64,000 nt of DNA from an uncultured Acidobacteriota bacterium (GTDB lineage Bacteria; Acidobacteriota; Blastocatellia; RBC074). Below are positions 40,938 to 50,602 of this stretch, in pieces. The stretch is from the NCBI GenBank assembly GCA_963796275.1, contig CAWCKY010000003.1, forward strand, positions 544,001-608,000. Reading direction: 5' to 3'. Both the position numbers and the translations under genes were made by a program. Positions within the stretch are counted from its first letter, which is position 1, and the number at the start of each line of letters is the position of its first letter. The notes under the pieces were generated by a model that was not told the DNA's origin, ran no database searches, and was given only the letters and a program-made list of their open reading frames with translations.

Positions 40938-41363
40938 ATGATCAAAGAGGTCAGACATCTCTCGGGGAGAGACAAAAGAGCACTGGCGGTCTTTTTCGGC
41001 ATCGCCTTTCTCTGCTGGCTCTATTTTGCATCCGGGATTCTGGTGACAAAAGACCCGTTACAATATGACGAGATCGAGATGGCAAAAGATGGAACTGGTT
41101 ATACGGTGAGGGTGTTGGGATTGCGTGAAATCGGAATAGCCGAAGAATTGAGTAAGGCCATTCGAGACCAGCGCCGTGTTAACACAAGTATCGAGACGAT
41201 ACCAAAGGGTGGCGGTTATCTCATCAATATTGGTCCGCTAGTCAAACTTCAGGCGGCCGAGGCTCTCACCACCGAGTTGTATAACTCCGGCTTCAACATA
41301 GTTAAGATCGTAGAGAATTGCCAGCCGGGCGGGGATTGCGCACCTGCTCAAGTGAACAATTAG
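40938..41363 (+). CDS. single-TM SPOR-like domain protein
   Basis: TM, then Y.V.V..., Y...IGP....A..L...L...G pattern. Confidence 0.6.
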   Translation: MIKEVRHLSGRDKRALAVFFGIAFLCWLYFASGILVTKDPLQYDEIEMAKDGTGYTVRVLGLREIGIAEELSKAIRDQRRVNTSIETIPKGGGYLINIGPLVKLQAAEALTTELYNSGFNIVKIVENCQPGGDCAPAQVNN

Positions 41364-41504
41364 TGCAGCCGGGTAAGATTCACCACAAAAATCGCAAAAG
41401 AGTATAATCGCGCGCTGACGACGGTCGCGAGATCTCGATGTCCTTTGAGCAGCGAAGGCTCATTCGGGCCAAGCAAATCGAATTGCCCGGTTAACTGCAG
41501 GGGC

Positions 41505-43397
41505 TTACCTTGTGTTGGATCCGAGCCATCCGCGGTCCCATGGATGCGCCAGAGTCGGGCGATTGGCATATCTGGTCATCTTGAACTCGATCCGCGAGCC
41601 GGCTCCGGGTTCTAAACGTACCGTGACCAGTGGCCCGTCGATGTTGGTCGTTCGCCCTGCAATTGTGGTCATATCGAATTGATGTTCCCCATAAGCCCCC
41701 GCCTGAACGATCACGGTTCGCGGCTCGATGGGGTTGAGGTTGACCAGGGTCAAGGTCGCAGATTCAGCCCCGAGTTTCTCTACGAGCGCGCCGACATCGT
41801 CCGGTAGACCGGCCCGTCGCTTGACCGGATCGAAATAACGGAACCGGCTGTTGAGCATCCATATCCTGCCATTTGCAAAGTAACCACCGAGCATCAAGTT
41901 GACCAGCGAGTTGGTCGCGGCGGGATTGTATTCGAGCAGATAATCGGCCAGTCGCGTGTCGGCCGTGGTTCTATCCGCCCGGATCTGTTCCATCTTCTGT
42001 CGCACCGTGGCGAGATCTGTTCGCAGTGCCTGCTCGGGATAATCGGCATTTCTGCCTTCCAGAAAACCGACCCAGCCCTCGACGGGCACACGCTCGAGGT
42101 CCTTCCGATCCATCGACCACAGGTATATCTCAGTGAGCCGGTCGGTGAACAGATTGTTGGTGTAGTGATACCAGCCCGGATTCCCCTTGTGTTTATAGCC
42201 GCGTGAGTCACCATACATTTGCGGCAAAAGAATTTTTCCATCCTCGACTTTTTTCTGGGCATATATTTTATCCATCTGGCGGCGCAGGACATCGATGTAA
42301 GATTGATCGCCGGTGAGCAACATTGCGTTGCTGAAGCCTGGCCACGATCCGGCCGTAAAATAGTTGCGGTGAGCGATCCTCTCTAGCTCGCCGTCATAGA
42401 TCGTGAAATTCCAGCCATAGGTGCCCTTCCACCATTGGCCTTCATGCTCGCCGCCCAGCTTTCCATCCAGCCCAACGTTGCTCGGAATCATCCCGTCGTT
42501 CTGAATCGTGCGCATCTTCCAGGCATCGACGTATTCGAGCACCCAGTCGCGATATTTCTCCTCGTCGGTCAACATGAATGCGTTCAGACCCAGGATCGTC
42601 GCCGCGAGATTGAGGAAATTGTCGCCAGCGCTATCGAGATACTCGTCGCAATGGGCGAGCATCTTCGGGTAATAGGTTTTCATGTCGAGTAGCCTGCCGC
42701 GCCCGGCCGGGTTGTGGAGTAAGTGGAAACTGCCGGGAACGGGGTCGCCTACCCAATCGTAAACGGTCGCCTTGCGCAACATCGGCCCTTTGCTGCCATT
42801 CCATATGCTCTTGATGATTTTGTGCGTCTGATCGTAGTTGGCGGCCTCAGGGTCTTCGTTCATGTACATTCCGGCGAAGCGCTTCATGCGCTCGCGGTAT
42901 ACCACGTTGTCGGGGTCGGAGAGCCCCTGCAGAAGAAATGCGCGCATACCCTCGCCGGTATGGAACCAGTCGGATTGGGTGATGAATTCTTTATAGTAAG
43001 CTCCGTTAGCGGCCAGCTCCGTCAATTTCGTCCGTAATTCGTTATATTGTCTCCAGTGACCCTCCTGCGCTTTTTTAAAGAGCTGAAGAACCGAATCGGA
43101 GCCGCCGAGGGCGTGCAGCAGGGTCCAGTTGTAGAATGTCTCTATCGCGTCATCGGGGCCGTCAAGCGTGCCCCAGCGGATAGTGTGAAGGAGGTATCCC
43201 CGTTCATCGACGTACTTCTCGTAGAACCGCTCGCACGCAAGAGAATTGAATCGCAAGAGGTCGCGTTCGAGTAATGCCCAGGCCGGAGGCGCCATGGGAC
43301 TCTTGACGCTAAGCGTTGCTTCCGGTGGCGATGTTATGGTCAGGAGAAAAGCGGGAATGAGAAACAGACGCGAAAGCAGAGTCGATCGTGAAGTCAT
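41505..43397 (-). CDS. secreted conserved hypothetical protein, Trp/Tyr-rich (possible alpha/alpha-toroid enzyme)
   Basis: 630 aa, signal peptide, conserved-looking DGPDD..E and DWFHTGEG motifs. Confidence 0.7.
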   Translation of the reverse strand: MTSRSTLLSRLFLIPAFLLTITSPPEATLSVKSPMAPPAWALLERDLLRFNSLACERFYEKYVDERGYLLHTIRWGTLDGPDDAIETFYNWTLLHALGGSDSVLQLFKKAQEGHWRQYNELRTKLTELAANGAYYKEFITQSDWFHTGEGMRAFLLQGLSDPDNVVYRERMKRFAGMYMNEDPEAANYDQTHKIIKSIWNGSKGPMLRKATVYDWVGDPVPGSFHLLHNPAGRGRLLDMKTYYPKMLAHCDEYLDSAGDNFLNLAATILGLNAFMLTDEEKYRDWVLEYVDAWKMRTIQNDGMIPSNVGLDGKLGGEHEGQWWKGTYGWNFTIYDGELERIAHRNYFTAGSWPGFSNAMLLTGDQSYIDVLRRQMDKIYAQKKVEDGKILLPQMYGDSRGYKHKGNPGWYHYTNNLFTDRLTEIYLWSMDRKDLERVPVEGWVGFLEGRNADYPEQALRTDLATVRQKMEQIRADRTTADTRLADYLLEYNPAATNSLVNLMLGGYFANGRIWMLNSRFRYFDPVKRRAGLPDDVGALVEKLGAESATLTLVNLNPIEPRTVIVQAGAYGEHQFDMTTIAGRTTNIDGPLVTVRLEPGAGSRIEFKMTRYANRPTLAHPWDRGWLGSNTR

Positions 43398-43520
43398 AGC
43401 ATTTTACCTTTCAGTCTACTTCGAAGACTCAGATTCAAAATTTGACATCACAACATGTGTGGATTGGGAGCCTCGGGAGTGCGGTACATCGATCTGCCGC
43501 CGGCGAATTCCTGCTGGGCA

Positions 43521-43604
43521 GCGAATCAGTACCGCGAGCGGTAGACTTTCGGAGTAACCCCTTTGCGGTAGCATCGCTGGCTACCGCTTGCGGTACTGAT
43601 TCGC
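43521..43604. repeat. REP-like inverted doublet
   Basis: gcgaatcagtaccgcgagcggtag / ctaccgcttgcggtactgattcgc (23/24 complementary), each arm itself palindromic. Confidence 0.85.
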
Positions 43605-43728
43605 CAGCCGTGTTTCTAGGGCTGCCGCACCCCGAAGTCTCCGCTAATAACAGTATTCAACAGGCAATGTAATGGTTCAGCGGCTCTGGAGGCAATAGCA
43701 TCTATGATAATCTATCAGCACAATAATT

Positions 43729-45372
43729 ATGTTTTCTCTTCGAAATACAAACCTGAAATTTGCACATGATAGTCTTCTCCGGCAATCGCTGATGGCCCTG
43801 GCGAGCGGCCTGTTACTCGTTCTTTCGTTCCCCAATTTCGCCTTCGCTTTTCTGGCCTGGGTCTCGCTTGCGCCATTGCTGCTGGTGATCGCAAACGGCG
43901 TCACTATCAGGCGAGCGCTGTGGCTGGGATGGCTGACCGGAATAGTCTTTACATTTTTTTCCGAGAACTGGATCGCGAATTCGATGGTCTATTTCGGCGA
44001 GATGCTTACGGTGGTCGCTTATGCGGTTGCGCTGCTCTTTGCGGCCATCCTCGCCCTATTCCCCGCGATCTTTTGTGGAGCCATGTCGAGGCTTGTTCAC
44101 AAATTCGGCTGGTGGTCGATGGCATTGGCGCCGATCGTTTGGGTCGCGACGGAGTGGCTGCGGCCGGCTATCACTGGTGTCACCTGGAATGCGCTGGGCG
44201 TTTCTCAAGCGCTACATTTTCCGATCGCCAAGCTGGCCCGATTTGGCGGAGTATATCTGATAAGCGCCGAGATCCTGACGGCCAGCACTCTAATCGTCCT
44301 TATGCTCAAAATACGGGAGCGAAATGTGGCGAAAGCCGCCGGGCTTTTATTGACGGGTGCCGCGCTTTTTTTCACACTTCCCGGGACGGAGGGTGAGAAT
44401 CGATCGCCCGGTGTGAAGGTCAATGTTCTCGGCATACAACCGAATCTCATGCCCAACAGCTCCGACACGACTGAGGCGTTCAACCGTAATCTTGAGGCGA
44501 GTATAAGTCTCACGCGCGAGGGAATCGGACGAACTCCTGGAAAGACGGCCGGGATAGTCGTCTGGGCGGAATCGCCGATGGCGCTCTTCTACGAGAATGA
44601 TCCCGGTCTGCGCAGTCGGCTTGAAGCGCTGGCGCGGGAGACCGGCAGTTATCTCATCCTCAACACCGTCGCGCGTGAAGGCGAAACCTATTTCAATAGC
44701 ATCGATATCGTCAGTCCGGAATCAGGCGATCAAAACAAGAACCGGGCCGAGCAATTCATCCGCTATGACAAGATCGTGCTGGTGCCCTTCGGGGAGTTTG
44801 TCCCCTGGCGGTCAGTGCTCGGGCGTTTTGTTCCCGCAATCGTCGGGGACTTTATGCACGGCCGGGAAGCCGTCGTTAACACGCTCAAGCTGCAGACGAT
44901 GCGCCGCGGCATCATGCCGGATTCGGATAATGGAGCGAGTTTTCAGGAGGCTATCGAACGCACAACAAACTATGTTCGAGTCGGGGCGTTTATCTGCTAT
45001 GAAGCCGCGTACCCGGCCGTCATCAGACAGTTCGTTCGAAATGGCGCAACATTGCTGGTGAATGTTTCGAACGATGTGTGGTTCGGCGACACGGCCGGCG
45101 CCCGCCAACATCTGTTGCATGCAATGATGCGCGCCATTGAGAATGATCGTGATCTGGTGCGCGTCACGAATACCGGAATCAGCGCCTTGATAACCTCAGA
45201 TGGCCGCATCATCGACCAGATGCCGACCTTTAGCGCCGGAGCTCAATTATGGGAGGCGACGGCTCATCGCGGACAGACGTTTTATGTTCGGCATGGCGAC
45301 TGGTTTGCATACGCATGCCTTGCCTTAAGCTTGCTGGCTTTGGCGCTGACATTTGGCCGAGCCGCCCGTTGA
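43729..45372 (+). CDS. lnt: apolipoprotein N-acyltransferase
   Basis: Multiple TMs, IQPN, WAES, YDK..LVPFGE, ICYE, SND.WFG. Confidence 0.95.
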   Translation: MFSLRNTNLKFAHDSLLRQSLMALASGLLLVLSFPNFAFAFLAWVSLAPLLLVIANGVTIRRALWLGWLTGIVFTFFSENWIANSMVYFGEMLTVVAYAVALLFAAILALFPAIFCGAMSRLVHKFGWWSMALAPIVWVATEWLRPAITGVTWNALGVSQALHFPIAKLARFGGVYLISAEILTASTLIVLMLKIRERNVAKAAGLLLTGAALFFTLPGTEGENRSPGVKVNVLGIQPNLMPNSSDTTEAFNRNLEASISLTREGIGRTPGKTAGIVVWAESPMALFYENDPGLRSRLEALARETGSYLILNTVAREGETYFNSIDIVSPESGDQNKNRAEQFIRYDKIVLVPFGEFVPWRSVLGRFVPAIVGDFMHGREAVVNTLKLQTMRRGIMPDSDNGASFQEAIERTTNYVRVGAFICYEAAYPAVIRQFVRNGATLLVNVSNDVWFGDTAGARQHLLHAMMRAIENDRDLVRVTNTGISALITSDGRIIDQMPTFSAGAQLWEATAHRGQTFYVRHGDWFAYACLALSLLALALTFGRAAR

Positions 45373-45520
45373 CTTTTATACGGGGTTGAATTAATTTGCA
45401 AATAATCGGTTAATACAAGTTGGCATATAATTTTTCAGGCATTTCAAAAAATATTTCTGTTCCGCTCTTTTGAGAATTTGGACGCGATACACAACCATCA
45501 ACCTTAACGGAGGACAGACT

Positions 45521-45877
45521 ATGGAAAAGGGCCTGACTTTCGCCGACAACGATGCTTTTTATAAGGATCTTGTGGATCTAGAGTCTCGCAAAGAGGCGTA
45601 CCTGATCGACACCGGAATAATGGAGGCAAAGAACCTACCCTTGCGCCTGGTTCACCACATTGGCCTCACAAAGGACGAAATCGCACATGTTCAACACAAA
45701 GTTGTTGAAGAACCTGCCTGGATGCACGAGATAATCGAGCCGATGCTGATCAAATTCAATGAAATGATCGGAAAATATCAACCGGCGCGCGATTACGAGT
45801 TTACGGTCGAGGCTGAAGATTTTGATACCATCAAGATTCACGGCCGTCCCAAAGCTGCGATATCAGCCAGTGCGTAA
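45521..45877 (+). CDS. hypothetical protein
   Basis: ATG after GGAGG; 118 aa acidic globular protein. Confidence 0.7.
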   Translation: MEKGLTFADNDAFYKDLVDLESRKEAYLIDTGIMEAKNLPLRLVHHIGLTKDEIAHVQHKVVEEPAWMHEIIEPMLIKFNEMIGKYQPARDYEFTVEAEDFDTIKIHGRPKAAISASA

Positions 45878-45965
45878 AACATCGGTCTGGGAGGTGAGGA
45901 CTGGAGGCTGTGGCCTTCGAAAAGGACCGTGGCCTCCAGCCTCACTTTCCAGCCCCGATGTTTTA
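45875..45965. terminator. long imperfect hairpin between convergent genes
   Basis: taaaacatcgg..gtgagg.ctggaggc..cctt/cgaa/aagg..gcctccag cctcac..ccgatgtttta. Confidence 0.6.
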
Positions 45966-46307
45966 TTTGACTTTCCGGTCCGTCTCCTCCAACGCGCTGG
46001 CGAGGTTTCGTCCACCCCAGTTAATTCCCTGTATATATCTGCCCACTGCGCCGACGCGTGCACCTTTTGATGGCACTCCTCGTTGAGTGATCACCCATAT
46101 TTTCCCTGTCTCATCGCTCAACTCGTAAGCGCCCTGACCAAGTGCTCCAAAACTATTCGTCACATCACCGATAATTAAAATTTCTTTGCCCCGATAACGC
46201 GAGGGGTCTCCGTTCAGCTGGTTGATTGTGGTCTGCTGAGGACAGGCTGTTAAAAAGAGTGAAGACGCGAGTAACAGGATTGCGACGGAAAATTTTCGCT
46301 TCATCAT
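45963..46307 (-). CDS. OB-fold lipoprotein
   Basis: Lipobox LTAC; G.V....L.D.TG.IWV OB-fold pattern. Confidence 0.8.
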   Translation of the reverse strand: MMKRKFSVAILLLASSLFLTACPQQTTINQLNGDPSRYRGKEILIIGDVTNSFGALGQGAYELSDETGKIWVITQRGVPSKGARVGAVGRYIQGINWGGRNLASALEETDRKVK

Positions 46308-46493
46308 TCCTCCTTCAAAGTTTGATTTACAGTCGAAACTTTACGAAGGGGAATCGCTGTACGAGCCCGCTGCCGCAGAAGACGCCGCATGGGTCCTCTG
46401 TCTCGCATCGGCGATCGAGCTCTCAAATTTTCGACCGGCGCCATTATAGCCTATTCCTTTGCCGAGCGCACTGAATCGGTGGATAATCAAACT

Positions 46494-47144
46494 ATGCTCA
46501 AACTCCCTAAATTCTATGCGATCACTGATTGCCAGCTGTCGAACTGCTCGCACGAAGAGATAGTGCGGAAAATGCTCGCCGGACGCGCGCGCATGATTCA
46601 ACTGCGAGACAAGGAGGCGAGCAGCCGCGAACTGCTCGATGCTGCCCGCGCTTGTTTAAAAAGGACGCGGGCAGCGGGGGCCAAATTGATAGTCAATGAC
46701 CGCGTCGATGTCGTTATGACGGCCGAGGCCGACGGCGTGCATCTCGGCCAGGGCGATCTGCCGGTCGAAGAGGCCCGCGAAATATTGGGCAATGAAAAAA
46801 TCATCGGCCTCTCCACCCATTCGATCGAGCAGTTTCGAGCCGCTCTGGAGACATCTGCCGATTACATAGCAGTAGGCCCGATATATACCACCAAGACCAA
46901 AGAAAACGGCGACCCCGTCGTGGGGTTGGAACTCGTTATGGAGGCAAAGAAACTGACCGACCGCCCGATCGTCGCTATCGGCGGAATTAATCTGGAGCGC
47001 GCTCCGCAGGTTATTGCGGCCGGAGCCGACAGCGTAGCCGTGGTATCGGCGCTCTATCCCATAAGCGGACTCCGCGATATAGCTGCTAAACCGGACATCA
47101 CAGGGAGCGTCCGTTCGTTTCTCAAGACGTTGCGCAAAAAATGA
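46494..47144 (+). CDS. thiE: thiamine-phosphate synthase
   Basis: QLRDK, IVNDRVD, GVHLGQGD, GLSTH, TKTK, AIGGI. Confidence 0.93.
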   Translation: MLKLPKFYAITDCQLSNCSHEEIVRKMLAGRARMIQLRDKEASSRELLDAARACLKRTRAAGAKLIVNDRVDVVMTAEADGVHLGQGDLPVEEAREILGNEKIIGLSTHSIEQFRAALETSADYIAVGPIYTTKTKENGDPVVGLELVMEAKKLTDRPIVAIGGINLERAPQVIAAGADSVAVVSALYPISGLRDIAAKPDITGSVRSFLKTLRKK

Positions 47145-48571
47145 TCAAGATCGATATCATACAAAAACTCGAAGAAATCGCCGGCGCCCGGTATGTTACG
47201 ACCGCGCGGGAGATCATCGCCGAAAATTCACAGGATGCCCTGAAGCAGGTCTTTCCGGCGGATGCGGTAGTTTTTCCACGAACTGCCGAGGAGATCGCGT
47301 CGATTATGAGGCTCGCCAATGAACGGGGCTTTTTTGTAACGGCGCGCGGCGGCGGGGTCGGTTATACGGGCGGCGCTGTACCTGTCAGAGGCGGAGTCGT
47401 GCTTGCCACCAAACGGATGAATAACATTCTCGAGATCAACAGCGCGGACCTTGTCGCGGTCGTCGAACCGGGAGTGACCAATTATGAATTGCAGAAGACC
47501 GTCGAGGCCGAAGGGTTGTTTTATCCGCCTGATCCGTCGAGCTGGAAGGAGTCATTCATCGGCGGCAATATTGCGCTCAATGCGGGAGGGCCGCGCTGCG
47601 TCAAATATGGCAACACGAAACAGTTCGTTCTGGGCCTGGATTTCGTTACGCCGACCGGAGATATCATTCGGGCCGGAGGCCGGGTCCCGAAGAACGCCAC
47701 CGGATTTCATCTGGAAAGTCTGATGATCGGGAGTGAGGGAATGCTCGGCATCATTACGCGTTGTATCCTGCGCCTGATTCCGAAGCCGGAGGCGCGGCGC
47801 ACGGCACTCGCGATCTTTGAGACGGCGAGGGACGCGTGCAATTGCGTCGCAGATTTCACTACTTCCGGCATCCTACCCTCTGCGCTTGAGCTGCTCGACC
47901 GCACTTCAATTAACGCAATTGAAAATTATGAGCCGTCCGGGTGGCCTCGCAGCGCGGGCGCTTTGCTGATTATCGAGGTGGATGGGTTGCGCGAAGCGGT
48001 GGCGCGTGAATCTGAGATTGTACGCGAAATGTGCATAAAGCATGGCGCGATTCAGTTGCGCGAGGCTGCCGACGCCGCCGAAGCTGATGCCATTTGGGAG
48101 GTCCGGAGAAAGATGTCCCCTGCTGTCGCGCGAACCGGCCGGATCAAGCTCAATCACGACATTGTCGTTCCTCGATCGCGAATTCCCGCGATGCTCGAAT
48201 TCCTGGAAGAACTCGGCAGTACCTCCGGTTTTCTCATTCCGACCTTCGGGCACGCGGGCGACGGCAACCTGCACGTCAATGTGATGCTGCCAGATGACGA
48301 CCTGGATACGCGCAAACGGGGCGCTGATACGGTCCGGCAAATTTTTGAAAAAGCGATCGATCTCGGCGGGACAATCTCGGGCGAGCACGGCGTCGGATAT
48401 GCCAAAGCGCCGTACTTCGGTCTTGCAGCGACGCAGCCGACGATCGAATTAATGAAGAAGCTCAAAAATGCGCTCGATCCGAATGGCGTTCTCAATCCGG
48501 GCAAAGTACTGGAAGCCCCGATGGCCGCATACGAAGTGGGTTTTATCAATAGTGATCAGGAGTGCTGTTAA
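47141..48571 (+). CDS. FAD-linked oxidase, GlcD/D-lactate dehydrogenase family
   Basis: PPDPSS, IGGN, GSEG.LG, GHAGDGNLH, GEHGVG, LNPGK. Confidence 0.92.
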   Translation: MIKIDIIQKLEEIAGARYVTTAREIIAENSQDALKQVFPADAVVFPRTAEEIASIMRLANERGFFVTARGGGVGYTGGAVPVRGGVVLATKRMNNILEINSADLVAVVEPGVTNYELQKTVEAEGLFYPPDPSSWKESFIGGNIALNAGGPRCVKYGNTKQFVLGLDFVTPTGDIIRAGGRVPKNATGFHLESLMIGSEGMLGIITRCILRLIPKPEARRTALAIFETARDACNCVADFTTSGILPSALELLDRTSINAIENYEPSGWPRSAGALLIIEVDGLREAVARESEIVREMCIKHGAIQLREAADAAEADAIWEVRRKMSPAVARTGRIKLNHDIVVPRSRIPAMLEFLEELGSTSGFLIPTFGHAGDGNLHVNVMLPDDDLDTRKRGADTVRQIFEKAIDLGGTISGEHGVGYAKAPYFGLAATQPTIELMKKLKNALDPNGVLNPGKVLEAPMAAYEVGFINSDQECC

Positions 48572-48572
48572 G

Positions 48573-48698
48573 AGGCGGGATTACATTTTTCATTTTACAT
48601 TTGTCACTTTACATTTGTCATTGAAGAAGCTGCATATCTACATTTACAAATGTGAAATGTAAAATGACAAAAATAAAATGAAAAATGTAATCCCGCCT
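48573..48698. repeat. large inverted repeat with internal heptamer arrays, probable bidirectional terminator
   Basis: Perfect 25-bp arms aggcgggattacatttttcatttta / taaaatgaaaaatgtaatcccgcct with internal (ACATTTG/T) and (AAATGT/GA) units. Confidence 0.85.
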
Positions 48699-48701
48699 TT
48701 T

Positions 48702-49085
48702 TTAGCTAGTGGCAATCGCGCGCAGGATGTCCATCGTGGTGATTATTCCGACTATATTTTTCTCTTCGGCTACGACAACCCGGTGAATGCTGCGGTTATA
48801 CATCAACTCGCATATTCGTTGCAGAGTATCGTTCGGCGATACGGTCACTGCAGGTTTGGTCATGATCTGCCCGGCGGTGCTGGGAGACCAGGCACCGATA
48901 CTGTTGGTTTTGCGAATGATATCTGTTTCCGAGATTACCCCGACCAGATTGCCAGACTCGTTGACGACGGGAGCGCCCGTGATCTTTCGCTCAATTAGGA
49001 TTCTAGCCACTTCTTTGAGAGGCGTCGTCTCTTTGACGGTGAGTACATCTTTGATCATGACGTCGGAGGCATAGAGTGTCATCAT
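48702..49085 (-). CDS. CBS-domain pair protein
   Basis: Two CBS motifs (PVV...LVGVISETD, VGIITTMDI). Confidence 0.92.
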   Translation of the reverse strand: MMTLYASDVMIKDVLTVKETTPLKEVARILIERKITGAPVVNESGNLVGVISETDIIRKTNSIGAWSPSTAGQIMTKPAVTVSPNDTLQRICELMYNRSIHRVVVAEEKNIVGIITTMDILRAIATS

Positions 49086-49159
49086 ACTTATATTCTCCTT
49101 GATCGAATTGGGAGCGCGATCAGCCGCGAAGATGGCCCGCTAGCGCTATTATTCTCGCC

Positions 49160-50149
49160 TCAACTGAATGAAAATGGAACCGGTATGAATGAAAGAATAA
49201 AAACAAGTAAACCGATCACCGCAACGAGCTTGCGCGTAAATCCCAGGGGCTCGCTCTGATCGACGACCGGCGGATGTCCAATTCGGAGCATCAATGTCAG
49301 AATCACACCATAGACCATCCAGGTCCAGGGCATATTATTCCAGACCGTATAGATGGCCAGCCCGATGACGGCTAGATAAGATCCCAGGGCAACCGCGCGA
49401 TGGCCGCGCGGGCCGAAGATTGCAAATGTGATGTGACCTCCGTCCAGTTGGCCCACCGGCACCAGGTTTAAGCTGGTCATAAAGATGCCCACCCAAGCTG
49501 CCCACCAGACGGGGTTAATAATCACCGGAGGCAGATCGAATATGCGCTCAAAAAATTGGAAAAGCAGCGGGCTATTAATAATGAGGAACACGCCTTCACT
49601 ATCGGCTGCAATCGTGTCTCCCACCGCGAAATAATGGGCGACGTACGCGGCCGGCACCGCGAAGACGAATCCCGCGAGCGGGCCGGCGATGCCTATGTCG
49701 AAAAGCGCGCGTCGTGATGGTATCTGTGATTTGATTTTGATGAACGCGCCGAAGGTCCCGATAGGCGGTAGCGGCACGGGAATGAAGTACGGCAAGGTAG
49801 CGCGTACTCCATACCATCGGCAGGCGATATAGTGACCCATCTCGTGCGCCCCCAGAATCGTAAGGATAGTGAATGAGTAGATGATGCCATTGGCCAACCC
49901 CAGGCTCAATGTTTGAGAAGATTGTGTGCCGTAAAACCAGATCACTCCAACCCCTGTCGTCGTCAAAATCGTAAAACCCAATAGCAGAAGATGAAAGAAT
50001 AGTCTGCCACCAGTTATATCTCTCTCGGACTCCGGGGTTGAGGATGATGGCGGCAGCCGATGAACTATCGTTGGACGGTAGACTTCCAGTTCATGCGCGG
50101 CGGACGAAGTCCCTAAATTTGGATTAGGTAAAAAAGGCGATTGATCCAT
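49160..50149 (-). CDS. site-2 protease (M50)
   Basis: HEMGH, AGP, NLVPVGQLDGG. Confidence 0.92.
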   Translation of the reverse strand: MDQSPFLPNPNLGTSSAAHELEVYRPTIVHRLPPSSSTPESERDITGGRLFFHLLLLGFTILTTTGVGVIWFYGTQSSQTLSLGLANGIIYSFTILTILGAHEMGHYIACRWYGVRATLPYFIPVPLPPIGTFGAFIKIKSQIPSRRALFDIGIAGPLAGFVFAVPAAYVAHYFAVGDTIAADSEGVFLIINSPLLFQFFERIFDLPPVIINPVWWAAWVGIFMTSLNLVPVGQLDGGHITFAIFGPRGHRAVALGSYLAVIGLAIYTVWNNMPWTWMVYGVILTLMLRIGHPPVVDQSEPLGFTRKLVAVIGLLVFILSFIPVPFSFS

Positions 50150-50161
50150 AAGAAACCGAAG

Positions 50162-50461
50162 TCACTTTTTCTTGAAGAGGTTATCGAATTGCTTGCGAAC
50201 ATCATCGCGCTGAACGGTCTGTGCTCCCCCGCGGGAGGTTAGGGGGATGCGGTTATTCGGCTCAAAATAATCGCAGAAGTTGGCCTTCGCTTTGTCGCGT
50301 ACATATTCCGCCTGTACCTCGCTGCACTGTTTATTCTTACCCGGATCAAAAAATCGGCAATTCTTGCAGCAGTGCATATCCGCGTCGCAATGCGGACATT
50401 CATCGGCTCGCGCAACTTTACCTATCAACTTAATCTCACGTCCACAATTGTGACAGACCAT
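50162..50461 (-). CDS. small Cys-rich metal-binding hypothetical protein
   Basis: 99 aa with CxxC, CxxC, CCxxC and two more Cys; ends DNLFKKK. Confidence 0.78.
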   Translation of the reverse strand: MVCHNCGREIKLIGKVARADECPHCDADMHCCKNCRFFDPGKNKQCSEVQAEYVRDKAKANFCDYFEPNNRIPLTSRGGAQTVQRDDVRKQFDNLFKKK

Positions 50462-50602
50462 AACTCTTCCTCTGTTGGTAATTTGAACTGTGCCTTCTAG
50501 ACTAGTCCGGGCAATCTTTCCGCTCTGAGACCTCTGCAAGATAGATTGTTTAGATCGAGGACGGTAGAATGTCACTGTCTGATAACCTTGAAATGGTAGC
50601 AC

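Noticed and set aside
46310-46493. TPP riboswitch upstream of thiE
   Set aside because: No CUGAGA or ACCUGAU motifs
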